Assembly (NCBI GenBank): GCA_002726495.1
Contig: PBTH01000009.1
Location: 1,302-65,301, forward strand
Direction: 5' to 3'
Source: Methanobacteriota archaeon
GTDB taxonomy: Archaea; Thermoplasmatota; Poseidoniia; Poseidoniales; Poseidoniaceae
DNA: 64,000 nt
This document shows, piece by piece, positions 46,684-56,651 of the stretch. A program made the position numbers and the translations under genes. A model generated the notes under the pieces. It worked only from the letters and a program-made list of their open reading frames with translations. It searched no databases and was not told the origin of the DNA. Positions within the stretch are counted from its first letter, which is position 1. Each line of letters begins with the position of its first letter.

Positions 46684-47138
46684 GCGATACACCAACAGAA
46701 ATTCAAGGAATCGTAGAAATCGGAACAAAGCCAGTCGTGGCTCGCAAAGCAACGGCAAGAGGAAAATTAATTCTCCAACCTGAAACGAAAAATGCGATTA
46801 TCAACGAAGACATTCCGAAGGGAAATGTTCTGGAGGCTTCTACCATCGCTGCAATTCAAGCGGTAAAAGAAACGCCTCGCATCATCCCTCACTGCCATCC
46901 AATCCCCCTCGAAGGCACGCGGGTTACCTGGTCGTGGGAAGGCAACAACCTGTGGTGTGAAGTCCATGTATCTGCACATTACAAAACAGGAATTGAGATG
47001 GAAGCCTTAACCGGGGTTGCAGCAGGTCTGTTGTGTGTGTTTGACATGGTTAAGTCCTTGGAGAAAAACGCTGCTGGTCAGTATCCAGAAACAGCAATTA
47101 CTGAACTCTCCGTTGTGGAAAAATTCAAAGAAAATTGA
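46680..47138 (+). CDS. moaC: Cyclic pyranopterin monophosphate synthase MoaC
   Basis: It carries KGNVLEASTIAAIQAVKETPRIIPHCHPIPL and GIEMEALTGVAAGLLCVFDMVKS. Its ATG overlaps the moaE stop as ATGA. Confidence 0.8.
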   Translation: MSDTPTEIQGIVEIGTKPVVARKATARGKLILQPETKNAIINEDIPKGNVLEASTIAAIQAVKETPRIIPHCHPIPLEGTRVTWSWEGNNLWCEVHVSAHYKTGIEMEALTGVAAGLLCVFDMVKSLEKNAAGQYPETAITELSVVEKFKEN

Positions 47139-47178
47139 ACCGCTTCATTGATGGTTCACCCGCGCCCCCCAATGAATC

Positions 47179-48141
47179 ATGGGGATGACCTCGGACCTTG
47201 CACATCACTTTCTTGAAGCTGTAGACCAAGCAGCAATCGCTAGCGCAGCGTGGAGAGGAAAAGGCGACAAGAACGCTGCTGATGATGCAGCAGTTGAAGC
47301 CATGCGGCGTACCTTTGATGATGTCCCGTTCGATGGCAGGGTTGCTATCGGTGAAGGCGAGCGAGATGAAGCGCCGATGCTTTACATCGGAGAACCTCTC
47401 GGAAACATGAACGGAGTCGAAGGTGCTCCACGAATTGACATTGCTGTAGATCCCCTTGAATGTACAAATAATTGCGCTGATAATTCACCAAATTCAATCG
47501 CTGTTCTTGCCGCTGCACCTCGTGGTACACTGTTGCATGCACCGGATTGCTACATGGATAAAATCGCAGCAGGGCCACTTCTAAGTGGGCATGTCTCGCT
47601 TGAAGGGAATGTCGCCTACAACATTGAACAGGCAGCTCATGTCCTCGATAAAGGCATCGAGGATGTTCGTATTGTGGCATTGGACAGAGACCGTCACAAG
47701 CAATTATTTACAGAAATCAGGGCAACTGGAGCACAATTGGATCTCATGGGCGATGGAGATGTATCTGGAGCCATTTGGGCAGCAAAACCTGATGGGCCAT
47801 ATGACCTTTTGATGGGCATCGGTGCTGCCCCTGAAGGCGTCATCTCTGCGGCTGCAATTCGCGGCCTTGGTGGTGTTTTTGAGGGCCGACTTGTCTTCCG
47901 TTCCGATGAAGAAGAAGCGCGTGCTGAGACGATGGTCGGAGACGATTTAACTCGTCTTTGGAAAGCGCATGACCTGTGCAAAAGTGAGGATGCTATTTTC
48001 GCAGCATCAGGTGTTTGTGATGGTTACCTTCCAGGAGTAAGGGTCGAAAAAGACACTACCACTACATTTAGCGAACTGATCGATGTGAGCACATCTACGG
48101 TTGAGCGCAAGGAAACAACCCGTCCTCGTAAAGTGGCTTAG
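47179..48141 (+). CDS. glpX: Class II fructose-1,6-bisphosphatase (GlpX)
   Basis: It carries AAIASAAWRGKGDKNAADDAAVEAMR, GEGERDEAPML and DPLECTN. Confidence 0.8.
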   Translation: MGMTSDLAHHFLEAVDQAAIASAAWRGKGDKNAADDAAVEAMRRTFDDVPFDGRVAIGEGERDEAPMLYIGEPLGNMNGVEGAPRIDIAVDPLECTNNCADNSPNSIAVLAAAPRGTLLHAPDCYMDKIAAGPLLSGHVSLEGNVAYNIEQAAHVLDKGIEDVRIVALDRDRHKQLFTEIRATGAQLDLMGDGDVSGAIWAAKPDGPYDLLMGIGAAPEGVISAAAIRGLGGVFEGRLVFRSDEEEARAETMVGDDLTRLWKAHDLCKSEDAIFAASGVCDGYLPGVRVEKDTTTTFSELIDVSTSTVERKETTRPRKVA

Positions 48142-48154
48142 AGAGGAACCACCA

Positions 48155-48778
48155 ATGTTCCAACAAATCAGAATTGATGTTCGCCTACCAGAAGGGCATT
48201 GGGCAGGAGATGTAACGCGAGCACATCCTTCAGCCACGTTACGAATTGAAGAACAAATGGCAATGACAAAAGGCAGGGGTACCGCGACGTGTTGGTGCGA
48301 TGAAATTCTTGAGAACTCCTTGCTACTTCACGAAGGGATTGATGATTATCTCGGTATGGAGGAGGGGCAATTTAGCGTGAATATCTCTCGTGGCGGGGGC
48401 GGTTTTATCCGCCCACTTTTGGACATGGGCATCCTTCCACAAACTCCGTTTGAAGTTGTAGATGGATGGGTAGAATGGACGATTAAAGCATCAAAAGGTG
48501 ATATCTGGGAACTCATTGAACAGATCAAAGAACAGGGATTACCCCACCGTTTGAAATCAAAAAGGAGTTCGAGAAAACGCCTCCTCACCCAACGGCAGCG
48601 CGAGGTCTTTGAAGTGGCGCTTAGAGAAGGGTATTGGGACGTCCCACGTCGCATCAACCTAACAGAACTCGCATCAATATTAGGAGTCGCAAAATCCACG
48701 CTATCAAGTCAACTTCAGCGTATTGAATCGTCGGTATTTCACGCCTTCCAAAAAGATATTCGTCGCCAAAGCACCTAA
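48155..48778 (+). CDS. HTH_10 (Bat-type) transcriptional regulator
   Basis: The C-terminus is LTQRQREVFEVALREGYWDVPRRINLTELASILGVAKSTLSSQLQRIE. The start is set at ATG 48155, which is preceded by GAGAGG. Confidence 0.7.
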   Translation: MFQQIRIDVRLPEGHWAGDVTRAHPSATLRIEEQMAMTKGRGTATCWCDEILENSLLLHEGIDDYLGMEEGQFSVNISRGGGGFIRPLLDMGILPQTPFEVVDGWVEWTIKASKGDIWELIEQIKEQGLPHRLKSKRSSRKRLLTQRQREVFEVALREGYWDVPRRINLTELASILGVAKSTLSSQLQRIESSVFHAFQKDIRRQST

Positions 48779-48805
48779 CATGTTCGTACGAATATGTTCG
48801 CAGAG

Positions 48806-48813
48806 AATATATA
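48806..48813 (+). promoter_or_regulatory. TATA-box-like AATATATA upstream of the diiron oxygenase gene
   Basis: It is centred about 27 nt upstream of ATG 48837, the spacing expected for a leaderless archaeal mRNA. Confidence 0.35.
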
Positions 48814-48836
48814 CCAAACCCGTACATAGGCTAACC

Positions 48837-49997
48837 ATGGACAACCTACCGAAGACATGGGATGATTGGATTAACAATTTCAAAACCTGGCAAGACAACG
48901 TTGGTTTCAAGCGAGAATGGATGGGAGATTTCGACCTCTCCATCCAGTTTGACTGGGAACGCGCTGGCGATACGATTGAATTCGGAGACTACGAAGGCCG
49001 TGCAAAATGGGAACGCTCCCTGCAGGTCCCTCATCAAAGCATGCGAGATGCTCTTGTCAGTATGATCACCGTTCAGGGTGACACAGAATTCGCCTCGGTT
49101 GAGCAACAACGACACCTGCTTGCCACCGCCCCTACCGACTACGACCGCTACGCTGCTGCAAGAATTATGGCTGAAGAACAACGTCACGGCTGGCAAATGG
49201 CATACCTGCTCATGACTTACTTCGGCCAACAAGGACGACGAGAAGCACAAAAACTGCTGGAAAGAAATGCCCAGGACGGCGACCGACTCCTCGGAGCCTT
49301 CAACCGTCCAATGCCCCATTGGCTTGACTTCTTCTGTTACACCATGTTCGTTGATAGGGATGGGAAATTCCAACTTGGGATGCTATCTACGTCTGCGTTC
49401 AAGCCTCTTGCCGCTAGCATGGGTCCAATGCTCAAGGAAGAATCCTTCCATCTTGGAACAGGTTCAAACGGGCTTCGAAGAATCATCAAGGCAGGAGTTG
49501 TCCCTCTGGACATGCTTCAACGATTCATCAACAAATGGGCTTCGACCGCTCATGATCTCTTTGGAGTTGACGCGTCGTCATCAGCCCACTGGTCCTATGT
49601 ATGGGGCATCAAGGGTCGCTGGGACGAGAGGAAAAAATTGGAAAGCGGCCAAGCAGTCGATAAGGAAATACTCAACGAAGAGGCTCGTGGCCATTACCAC
49701 GAAGAAATCGTTCGTGAAGTGCGTAAACTAAGCAAGCATCTACCAGAAGGTTCTCCTGAACTCTATGTTCCACACGAGAACTTCAACCGCGAAATTGGTG
49801 CATTCAAGCGTCAACGATTCACCACTCAAGGTGAGGCTTTCAACGGAAGCGACGCCGAATGGGAGGACTACATCGGATCTCAACTTCCAAGTGCTCGGGA
49901 TGAAGAAGACCTCAAGGAAATTTTCAAACTTGATTGGGTTGCTGAAAAGCCAATGACAACGAAGCAAGTCGCTTCCGGAATTGGCGCTCATGCTTGA
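48837..49997 (+). CDS. Ferritin-like diiron acyl-CoA oxygenase (BoxB/PaaA family)
   Basis: It carries GDTEFASVEQQRHL, MAEEQRHGWQMAYLL, FVDRDGKFQL and MLKEESFHLGTG. These are EExRH/EExxH-type diiron ligand motifs. Confidence 0.55.
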   Translation: MDNLPKTWDDWINNFKTWQDNVGFKREWMGDFDLSIQFDWERAGDTIEFGDYEGRAKWERSLQVPHQSMRDALVSMITVQGDTEFASVEQQRHLLATAPTDYDRYAAARIMAEEQRHGWQMAYLLMTYFGQQGRREAQKLLERNAQDGDRLLGAFNRPMPHWLDFFCYTMFVDRDGKFQLGMLSTSAFKPLAASMGPMLKEESFHLGTGSNGLRRIIKAGVVPLDMLQRFINKWASTAHDLFGVDASSSAHWSYVWGIKGRWDERKKLESGQAVDKEILNEEARGHYHEEIVREVRKLSKHLPEGSPELYVPHENFNREIGAFKRQRFTTQGEAFNGSDAEWEDYIGSQLPSARDEEDLKEIFKLDWVAEKPMTTKQVASGIGAHA

Positions 49998-50551
49998 AAC
50001 GACGAGTGATACCTATGATTCCCGTTGCCTTGTATGGCATTGATGTTGATATGTGCGAACGTTTCTATGAAAAAATGTCGTCCATGCTTTCCGATGCCTA
50101 TGAAGACCAGCGCTACATTGAGGCGTTGTATGCTATTGACTCAAAAAGCTCAGTTGAGCACATTCGTGTATCCGACGAATGGGCCCAACGCTCACCCTAT
50201 GCTTGGCCTGAAGACGTTGTCAATGAAGTTGAGATGGTTTTGAGGACGGTTGTTTATCCGGATGTGTCGTTGCTTGAACATCTTCTCACTCTTGACGCCG
50301 TTGATGCACAGCGTGTATCTGAATGGATGCACTTCTCAACCAACACCTTTCCAATTTACTCCCAAAAGGCATGTGAAACTCTGACAAAGATGGGATTGGA
50401 AACACCTTACCTCCCCGGAGACATTGCAAGTTACGGTTTGTACGTAAGTCGTATTGAAGGGCTTAAACTCCATGCACCAGCCACAGGGCTGCCAGAAATC
50501 GGATTACCGAGGTCTCGCATGCTACAACTTGGGCTGGAGCGATTTGAATGA
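49994..50551 (+). CDS. Hypothetical protein
   Basis: 185-aa ORF with a TTG start overlapping the upstream stop. An alternative ATG lies at 50015. I recognised no family. Confidence 0.4.
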   Translation: MKRRVIPMIPVALYGIDVDMCERFYEKMSSMLSDAYEDQRYIEALYAIDSKSSVEHIRVSDEWAQRSPYAWPEDVVNEVEMVLRTVVYPDVSLLEHLLTLDAVDAQRVSEWMHFSTNTFPIYSQKACETLTKMGLETPYLPGDIASYGLYVSRIEGLKLHAPATGLPEIGLPRSRMLQLGLERFE

Positions 50552-51471
50552 AACATGCGGCAGTCCACGCAAAACTCCTCATCGTTGCTGCGATATGGGG
50601 GCTGGGATGGCCTGCTGGAAGAATCGTTGCCGCCGAAGTGACGCCGATTTTCGCTGCATGGATTAGATACGTTATCGTTGCAGGTTTATTTCTGCTCTAC
50701 ATGAATCGAAATCAAGATTGGTCCTATCCTTCTTTGACACAATGGAAAAGTATTGTTTTCATCGCATTCTTCTCTACCTTTGTCTATCAAGCCATGTTCA
50801 TGTATGGAATGAAATACACGGCTGCGGGAGATGCTTCCTTGGTTATTACATTCAACCCCTTGTTCACTGCCGTTCTTGCAGTAATCTTCCTGAACCAACG
50901 ATTCACATGGCGGCTCTTGCTTGGATTGGGTCTTGCATTCACGGGCATGCTTGTTATTTTCACACAATCTCCCAATACCGATATTCCGGAGATTGAACGC
51001 TGGATTGGTAATGCATTTATTGCCGGAGCAGCCCTAACTTGGGCTGCTTCAAGCATTATCATGAAGAAACTCATGAGCGAGACACCTGCCGACGCGCAAG
51101 AGCCCCTTACTCCAGTTTTGGTCACCGTTTGGGCATCCTTGATCGGACTTCTTCTTCTCACGCCATGGGCTGGTATTGAAGTCTTGATGGAGGGGGCGGC
51201 AATGCCGTCAATTGAAGCCTGGTTGGCCATTGGATTCTTAGCGATTTTTTCCACAGTTTTGGCCTATGTATGGTTTGCCGACGGAATTCATTTGATTGGA
51301 GCAAGCAAATCATCGTTTTACATATATCTCGTACCCCCGTTTGGGATTCTCGGAGGATGGTTCATTCTCGGAGAACAACTTGGACCAACACTTCTTGTGG
51401 CATTCATACTCATTGTCTCAGGTGTGGCCATCGCTCAGAAGCACGAAGATGAAAACAAGCAAGCATCATGA
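50548..51471 (+). CDS. EamA/DMT-family transporter
   Basis: About 10 TM helices in two EamA-like halves. Its ATG overlaps the upstream stop as ATGA. Confidence 0.65.
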   Translation: MKHAAVHAKLLIVAAIWGLGWPAGRIVAAEVTPIFAAWIRYVIVAGLFLLYMNRNQDWSYPSLTQWKSIVFIAFFSTFVYQAMFMYGMKYTAAGDASLVITFNPLFTAVLAVIFLNQRFTWRLLLGLGLAFTGMLVIFTQSPNTDIPEIERWIGNAFIAGAALTWAASSIIMKKLMSETPADAQEPLTPVLVTVWASLIGLLLLTPWAGIEVLMEGAAMPSIEAWLAIGFLAIFSTVLAYVWFADGIHLIGASKSSFYIYLVPPFGILGGWFILGEQLGPTLLVAFILIVSGVAIAQKHEDENKQAS

Positions 51472-51493
51472 AGGTGGGCGCTCTCCCCCTAGC

Positions 51494-52378
51494 ATGAGCA
51501 TTCGAAATGTTACCGTAATCGGCGCTGGAACTATGGGTGCTGGAATCGCCCAAATGTGTGCACAAGCCGGCTGGAATACATCACTGTACGATGCATTTCC
51601 AGAAGGTTTAGAACGAGGCATGCAACGTATTGATGCATTTTGGGACAAAGGGATTGCACGAGGGAAAACAACCCCCGAACAAAAGCAGGAGTGGGAGCAA
51701 AATTTGCATCCCGTTAATGACATGGAGCAAGCAGTCTCGTCTGCAGATTTGGTGATTGAGGCCGTTCCAGAAATACCTGAACTCAAACAAAAGGTGTTTG
51801 AACAACTTGATGCTTATGCTCCTGCGCACGCTGTTTTGGGAACCAATACATCGTCCCTGTCAATTTCTGCAATTGCAAATGCAACCAGACGTCCGGAACA
51901 AGTGATTGGGATGCACTTCTTCAATCCTGTTCCAATCATGAAATTGCTTGAACTCGTTCAGCATGATTCTACATCGGAAGCGACAATTGCCCTTGCACAA
52001 GCAGCTGGAAAGGCCATGGGGAAAACAACAATTTTGGTCAAGGATATTCCTGGTTTTGCGACAAGCCGGCTTGGAGTTGTTCTTGGTAACGAGGCGATTC
52101 GCATGCTAGCGGATGGTGTTGCAAGTGCAAAAGACATTGACACAGCGATGGTCCTTGGTTACAAACATCCGATGGGTCCGCTAGCGCTAACCGATTTGGT
52201 TGGCCTTGATGTTCGTCGAGACATCCTTAGGAATCTGCAATCCTCATTTGATGATGACGCTTATGCACCTCATCCACTTCTCGAGCGTCTTGTTGAAGAA
52301 GGACGACTGGGTAAAAAATCTGGTAAAGGCATCTATGACTGGTCCACTGGAAGTGCTGAAGAAACCTCTCTAGAGTAA
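51494..52378 (+). CDS. 3-hydroxyacyl-CoA dehydrogenase
   Basis: It carries VTVIGAGTMGAGIAQMCAQAG, MHFFNPVP, GFATSRL and HPMGPLALTDLVGLD. The start is set at ATG 51494. Confidence 0.8.
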   Translation: MSIRNVTVIGAGTMGAGIAQMCAQAGWNTSLYDAFPEGLERGMQRIDAFWDKGIARGKTTPEQKQEWEQNLHPVNDMEQAVSSADLVIEAVPEIPELKQKVFEQLDAYAPAHAVLGTNTSSLSISAIANATRRPEQVIGMHFFNPVPIMKLLELVQHDSTSEATIALAQAAGKAMGKTTILVKDIPGFATSRLGVVLGNEAIRMLADGVASAKDIDTAMVLGYKHPMGPLALTDLVGLDVRRDILRNLQSSFDDDAYAPHPLLERLVEEGRLGKKSGKGIYDWSTGSAEETSLE

Positions 52379-52420
52379 ACATCCCCATACATTCATGAAC
52401 ATGGAGGTTGACCTCTCCAT

Positions 52421-53197
52421 ATGGAATCAAGCATTTATGGCACCAACCCCGAAGGAGCTAACCCCACCGGCGCTCAACCAATGGGGGCAACAATTCAAGG
52501 AAATTCATTCGCTCCAATCCCGGTTGAAGTCGGCCCTAAAAAGTCGCCCAAGACACCGATGATCATTGCAGGAGTATTTGCGGCCCTCGCAGTCATTTCT
52601 CTTATCATAGCCTCAGTTTTTGGAGCACAAGTAGAAGAAATATGGACCGATATTGATAGTGAAAAGTACACGACTGAAATGGGAACGAGTGCAGACATCG
52701 TTTACGATGATGAAGACGGCCAGGGAGAAGTCGGATGGGGCATTTTCATTGATGGAGATTACAACGACAACGATGAAAACGGAAAGGTTGACGCTTGTGA
52801 GACTTTTGTACTTAAGGTGATGAATAATGGCACAGATGTTACCGATAATGTATTCAGATACAACTGTGTGTATGAGTCTAACAATTCTGCAACCTGGCTC
52901 GGAATGGATGGAAAAATAGAAATTGGTACGGTCTGCAGTACACTCGACGAGAGCCACAGTTGTAAAATTGGTGAAACATATACTATCTCCAACAACGACT
53001 CTAAGACCATGGTCTTGTTTGATTACGACGAACTCTTTGGACCCCTGTTGGAGGATTCCATTGGCCTAGGCCTTATGGCTGCTGTTTCTGGGGGCGCGGG
53101 ATGCTGCTCAATTTGTGTGGGCGTTATTGCACTCGTTATAGGGCTCACTCGCCTGGGTGGCGGAAAGCAACCTCAAGTCGCATATCAAATGCAATGA
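52421..53197 (+). CDS. Hypothetical protein with N- and C-terminal TM helices and an acidic ectodomain
   Basis: 258-aa ORF with TM helices at MIIAGVFAALAVISLIIASVF and CSICVGVIALVIGL. Confidence 0.45.
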   Translation: MESSIYGTNPEGANPTGAQPMGATIQGNSFAPIPVEVGPKKSPKTPMIIAGVFAALAVISLIIASVFGAQVEEIWTDIDSEKYTTEMGTSADIVYDDEDGQGEVGWGIFIDGDYNDNDENGKVDACETFVLKVMNNGTDVTDNVFRYNCVYESNNSATWLGMDGKIEIGTVCSTLDESHSCKIGETYTISNNDSKTMVLFDYDELFGPLLEDSIGLGLMAAVSGGAGCCSICVGVIALVIGLTRLGGGKQPQVAYQMQ

Positions 53198-53202
53198 AGC
53201 GT

Positions 53203-53985
53203 TCATTCAAAGTTGGGAGGACGCTTTTCCAAGAACGCTTTGACGCCTTCTTTGAATGCCTTTGTTGTTCCTGCCGCTTCAATCAGAGTGCGCTCGTGTT
53301 TGAGATGCGTTTCAAAATCTTGAACGGATTGTACGTCAAGCAGATGCTTCGTAGCCTCCTTTGTGTGGTTGCCCCATTGGCTCCATTTAATTGCGGTTTC
53401 AGTGGCCGATTCAAGAAGCGTTTCTTCATCAACAAGAACATCGATGGCTCCAATTTCAAGCGCATGTTCTGCTGACCAAACTTCATTCTCAAAGAAAAAA
53501 CGCCTCGCCACCTGAACGCCTACCAAACGTGGCAGCAGCCACGTGGTGCCACCATCAGGTGAGAGTCCCATACCTGCATACGAAGCGGCCATCTTAGCTG
53601 TTGATGTACCAATTCTAACATCGCATGCTAAGGCCAGACCAAGTCCGCCTCCAGCACATGCACCGTTGAGTGCAGCTACACAGATGGTCGGTGATTGGCG
53701 CATTCGTACCAGCAAAGGATGAAGCACACCTGTAAGGTCTCGGATTAACTCGGGTGCATCACCGTCTTCAATGGATTGAGCAAAGGCATGAATGTCTGCA
53801 CCTGCGGAGAAAAATTTCCCTTCTCCTGTTAGAACCAGTGCCCGAACTTTGGGGTTGGCTAAACCGTCATCGATTGCCTTAGCGATCTGCGGGAGAAATG
53901 TTCGCGAGAACGATTGGGTAGCAGACTGCCCGGAAAAACGAATCAATCGCACACCATGTTCCAAGTCGCTGAATGAAACACTCAT
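53203..53985 (-). CDS. Enoyl-CoA hydratase (crotonase family)
   Basis: It carries FFSAGADIHAF and LNGACAGGGLGLALACDVRI. Confidence 0.8.
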   Translation of the reverse strand: MSVSFSDLEHGVRLIRFSGQSATQSFSRTFLPQIAKAIDDGLANPKVRALVLTGEGKFFSAGADIHAFAQSIEDGDAPELIRDLTGVLHPLLVRMRQSPTICVAALNGACAGGGLGLALACDVRIGTSTAKMAASYAGMGLSPDGGTTWLLPRLVGVQVARRFFFENEVWSAEHALEIGAIDVLVDEETLLESATETAIKWSQWGNHTKEATKHLLDVQSVQDFETHLKHERTLIEAAGTTKAFKEGVKAFLEKRPPNFE

Positions 53986-53994
53986 TTGTTCACC

Positions 53995-55497
53995 TCAAAG
54001 TTTGACGTTGACATTCTTCACTTTGGTGTAAAAGCGCATGGCGTCTTGGCTTTGTTCAACACCAATTCCAGATTGCTTCCATCCCGTAAATGCGGTTTGG
54101 GGGAAGGTGATTGGGTATTCATTAATCGAAACCATACCGCTTTCTAAATCACGGGCCATCAAATGGGCACGGCTGAGGTTGTTGGTCCATATACCGTTGA
54201 GCAATCCGAATGGAGTGTCGTTTGCGAGTGCAAGTGCTTCAGCATCTTCGCTAAAGGTTGTCACTGCAAGTACGGGTCCGAACAATTCGTCGTTGAACAA
54301 GAGATTGTCCTTATCGACGCCGGTTACTACTGTGGCTTCCATGAACGCTCCATCTCCCTCGATGATGTTTCCACCGCATACGACGTTACCACCCATGGCA
54401 AGTCCAGCAGACAATTTCTCCATCACTTCAGTACGGTGGTTTTGATGAACGAGGCTGCCTATGCGGACACCTTCTTCCATTCCAGGACCAACCTTCCACT
54501 TGGCTACTTCTGCACAAACTGCCTCTACAAGTTCATCGTGGACATCCTCATGGACAATCAAACGAGAACCTGCCCAACACATCTGTCCTGCATTCATGAA
54601 GATTCCAAAGCATATTGCCTTTGCAGCATAACGTAGATTCGCATCGGGGAATACAATGTTCGCTCCTTTTCCACCAAGCTCTAGAGTCACAGGAGTCAAG
54701 TTCTCACTGGCCTTTGCCATAACGGTTTGTCCAGTTGGAACGCCTCCAGTTAGCACGATTCCATCAACACCTGTGTGTCCAGCAAGTGCGTCGCCAATCA
54801 GGCCTCCCGATCCAGTAATGACCTGAAGTACTCCTGTGGGCAAGCCAACTTCTGCCTCATCCATGGCTTTAGCCCAAGCGATCAATGAGAGTGGCGTCCA
54901 TGACGCTGGCTTGGCAATAACCGTACAACCCGATGCGAGAGCAGGGGCAATTGAACGAAGCGCAAGTTGCAATGGGAAATTCCATGGAACGATATGAACG
55001 GTGACACCAAGCGGTTGTCGCAATGTGTAGTTGAGGCGATTTCCAGGAACGGGTATGGTGCTGCCTTCAATTTTATCAGAAAGACCTGCAAAGTACTCAA
55101 GAGTCCACGCACCATAACGGATTTCAGACAGTGCTTCTCTGAAGGTTTTGCCGTTATTGTTGGATTCAATAACAGCCAGTGATTTTGCATTTGCATAAGT
55201 GGCTTGAGCCATTTTGTTGAGGATTCTTCCACGTTGAGCAGGGTCCATGTTTTTCCAGTCAGAGTGATTCAATGCTGCACGAGATGCTTCTACGCAACGG
55301 TCAACATCTTCGATGGTAGCGCGAGGAACGGTGGCCATGACTTTTCCAGTTGCAGGATTCAATACATCACTTGTAGCAGCATCGGATGATGCAACCCATT
55401 CTCCACCAATCAACATTGTTTCTTCGCCCATGTCCAGTCCATGTGGACTCGCTTCAAAGGCACATCGGTGCTCCATCCACTTACTGAATGTGCTCAA
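53995..55497 (-). CDS. NAD(P)+ aldehyde dehydrogenase
   Basis: It carries LELGGKGANIV, FMNAGQMCWAGSRL (catalytic Cys) and DELFGPVL. Confidence 0.85.
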   Translation of the reverse strand: MSTFSKWMEHRCAFEASPHGLDMGEETMLIGGEWVASSDAATSDVLNPATGKVMATVPRATIEDVDRCVEASRAALNHSDWKNMDPAQRGRILNKMAQATYANAKSLAVIESNNNGKTFREALSEIRYGAWTLEYFAGLSDKIEGSTIPVPGNRLNYTLRQPLGVTVHIVPWNFPLQLALRSIAPALASGCTVIAKPASWTPLSLIAWAKAMDEAEVGLPTGVLQVITGSGGLIGDALAGHTGVDGIVLTGGVPTGQTVMAKASENLTPVTLELGGKGANIVFPDANLRYAAKAICFGIFMNAGQMCWAGSRLIVHEDVHDELVEAVCAEVAKWKVGPGMEEGVRIGSLVHQNHRTEVMEKLSAGLAMGGNVVCGGNIIEGDGAFMEATVVTGVDKDNLLFNDELFGPVLAVTTFSEDAEALALANDTPFGLLNGIWTNNLSRAHLMARDLESGMVSINEYPITFPQTAFTGWKQSGIGVEQSQDAMRFYTKVKNVNVKL

Positions 55498-55551
55498 AAC
55501 TACTTTAGAAAGGGCAGAAGCCTCATGTGCTCACCTCCCTACGTACATCGT

Positions 55552-56211
55552 ATGTCGCGACGAGTCGGCTTAGCGAAAGCAACGGCGAAGACGCTTGTTA
55601 CACGCCCACCAAGATTGCTCGTTATCGCTGGGGCAACCGGTGTTGGCAAGTCAACCGCTTCGGTTAGGCTCGCATCGCGTGCTGGGTTCACGAGAATCAT
55701 CTCAACGGATGCAATTCGGGAAATTATGAGAGTCTCAGACCCCGAACACAACACCCCTGGACTCCACCGTTCGTCATTTTCAATCGGTGAAAGTGGAGAA
55801 GCAGTCATCGATTGGTCAGAAACATGCTTGGCCGTGGAAGAAGGGATTCAAGCAACCATTGACCGAGCGAGAAGAGAAGGGCTTGATTTGTTGATTGAAG
55901 GAGTTCACATCAATCCGAGTGCTCGTCTGTTACGTTCTTGGGAAGATGCAGGAGGTATTGCATTTGGTGTTGTCATGAGTGTTGACGAAGAGCGGATTCA
56001 TCAAGATATGCTCAAATCAAGGGATGCCCAATCTTACCGAAGAGCAGACCGTTATTTGGCTGGCTTTTCTCGGATTAGACAAATACAAGACGGATTGATT
56101 GAGCGAGCGAAAATAGCGCGATGGCCAATTGTTGACCCGACGCGTGTGGACGATGATGTTGAACGAATTTTTACACTGTTCAACCGAGTTATCGATGAGT
56201 ATCATTCATAG
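55552..56211 (+). CDS. 2-phosphoglycerate kinase-like P-loop kinase (COG2074-like)
   Basis: It carries LLVIAGATGVGKSTASVRLASRAGFTRIISTDAIREIMR. The start is ATG 55552 or 55525. Confidence 0.5.
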   Translation: MSRRVGLAKATAKTLVTRPPRLLVIAGATGVGKSTASVRLASRAGFTRIISTDAIREIMRVSDPEHNTPGLHRSSFSIGESGEAVIDWSETCLAVEEGIQATIDRARREGLDLLIEGVHINPSARLLRSWEDAGGIAFGVVMSVDEERIHQDMLKSRDAQSYRRADRYLAGFSRIRQIQDGLIERAKIARWPIVDPTRVDDDVERIFTLFNRVIDEYHS

Positions 56212-56213
56212 TG

Positions 56214-56651
56214 TCACACATCAAGTGTGAAAGCCACATCAACACTGAGCATGGCTTCACCGTCTGAAACACCAAGTTGGCCCGTAACATTGAGTTGGTT
56301 CGCCCCGTTTTCAGTGATGGTGATGTTTGTGAGTTTTACTTCAACTCCTCTCAACTCTCCATGGTGTAACAAGTCGTCGTGAACCGTTTCAATCGCTAAT
56401 TCCGCAGCCTCACTTCCTTCAAGCCCTCCTGCAATCCACATGTCCGTACGAGCTTGTGAAAGCGACTGAAGAGGCCCCATGACCTCCTCGGTCGTCACGA
56501 TCACATCGTCTGAGGCAGCATCATGAGGTATCGTCAATCCCGCCACCTTCACCCCAAAGATCGCCATTGAAAGCAGCGACATGAGAAGAACAACGCCTGT
56601 GGCGAGCAACATTTGAGCACCGTCACGTTCGGAAAATTCACTTCTCTGCAT
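56214..56651 (-). CDS. Pilin-like protein 2 (N-terminal hydrophobic helix)
   Basis: MQRSEFSERDGAQMLLATGVVLLMSLLSMAIFG begins with a short charged leader followed by a hydrophobic helix. Its ATG overlaps the upstream stop as TGATG. Confidence 0.35.
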   Translation of the reverse strand: MQRSEFSERDGAQMLLATGVVLLMSLLSMAIFGVKVAGLTIPHDAASDDVIVTTEEVMGPLQSLSQARTDMWIAGGLEGSEAAELAIETVHDDLLHHGELRGVEVKLTNITITENGANQLNVTGQLGVSDGEAMLSVDVAFTLDV

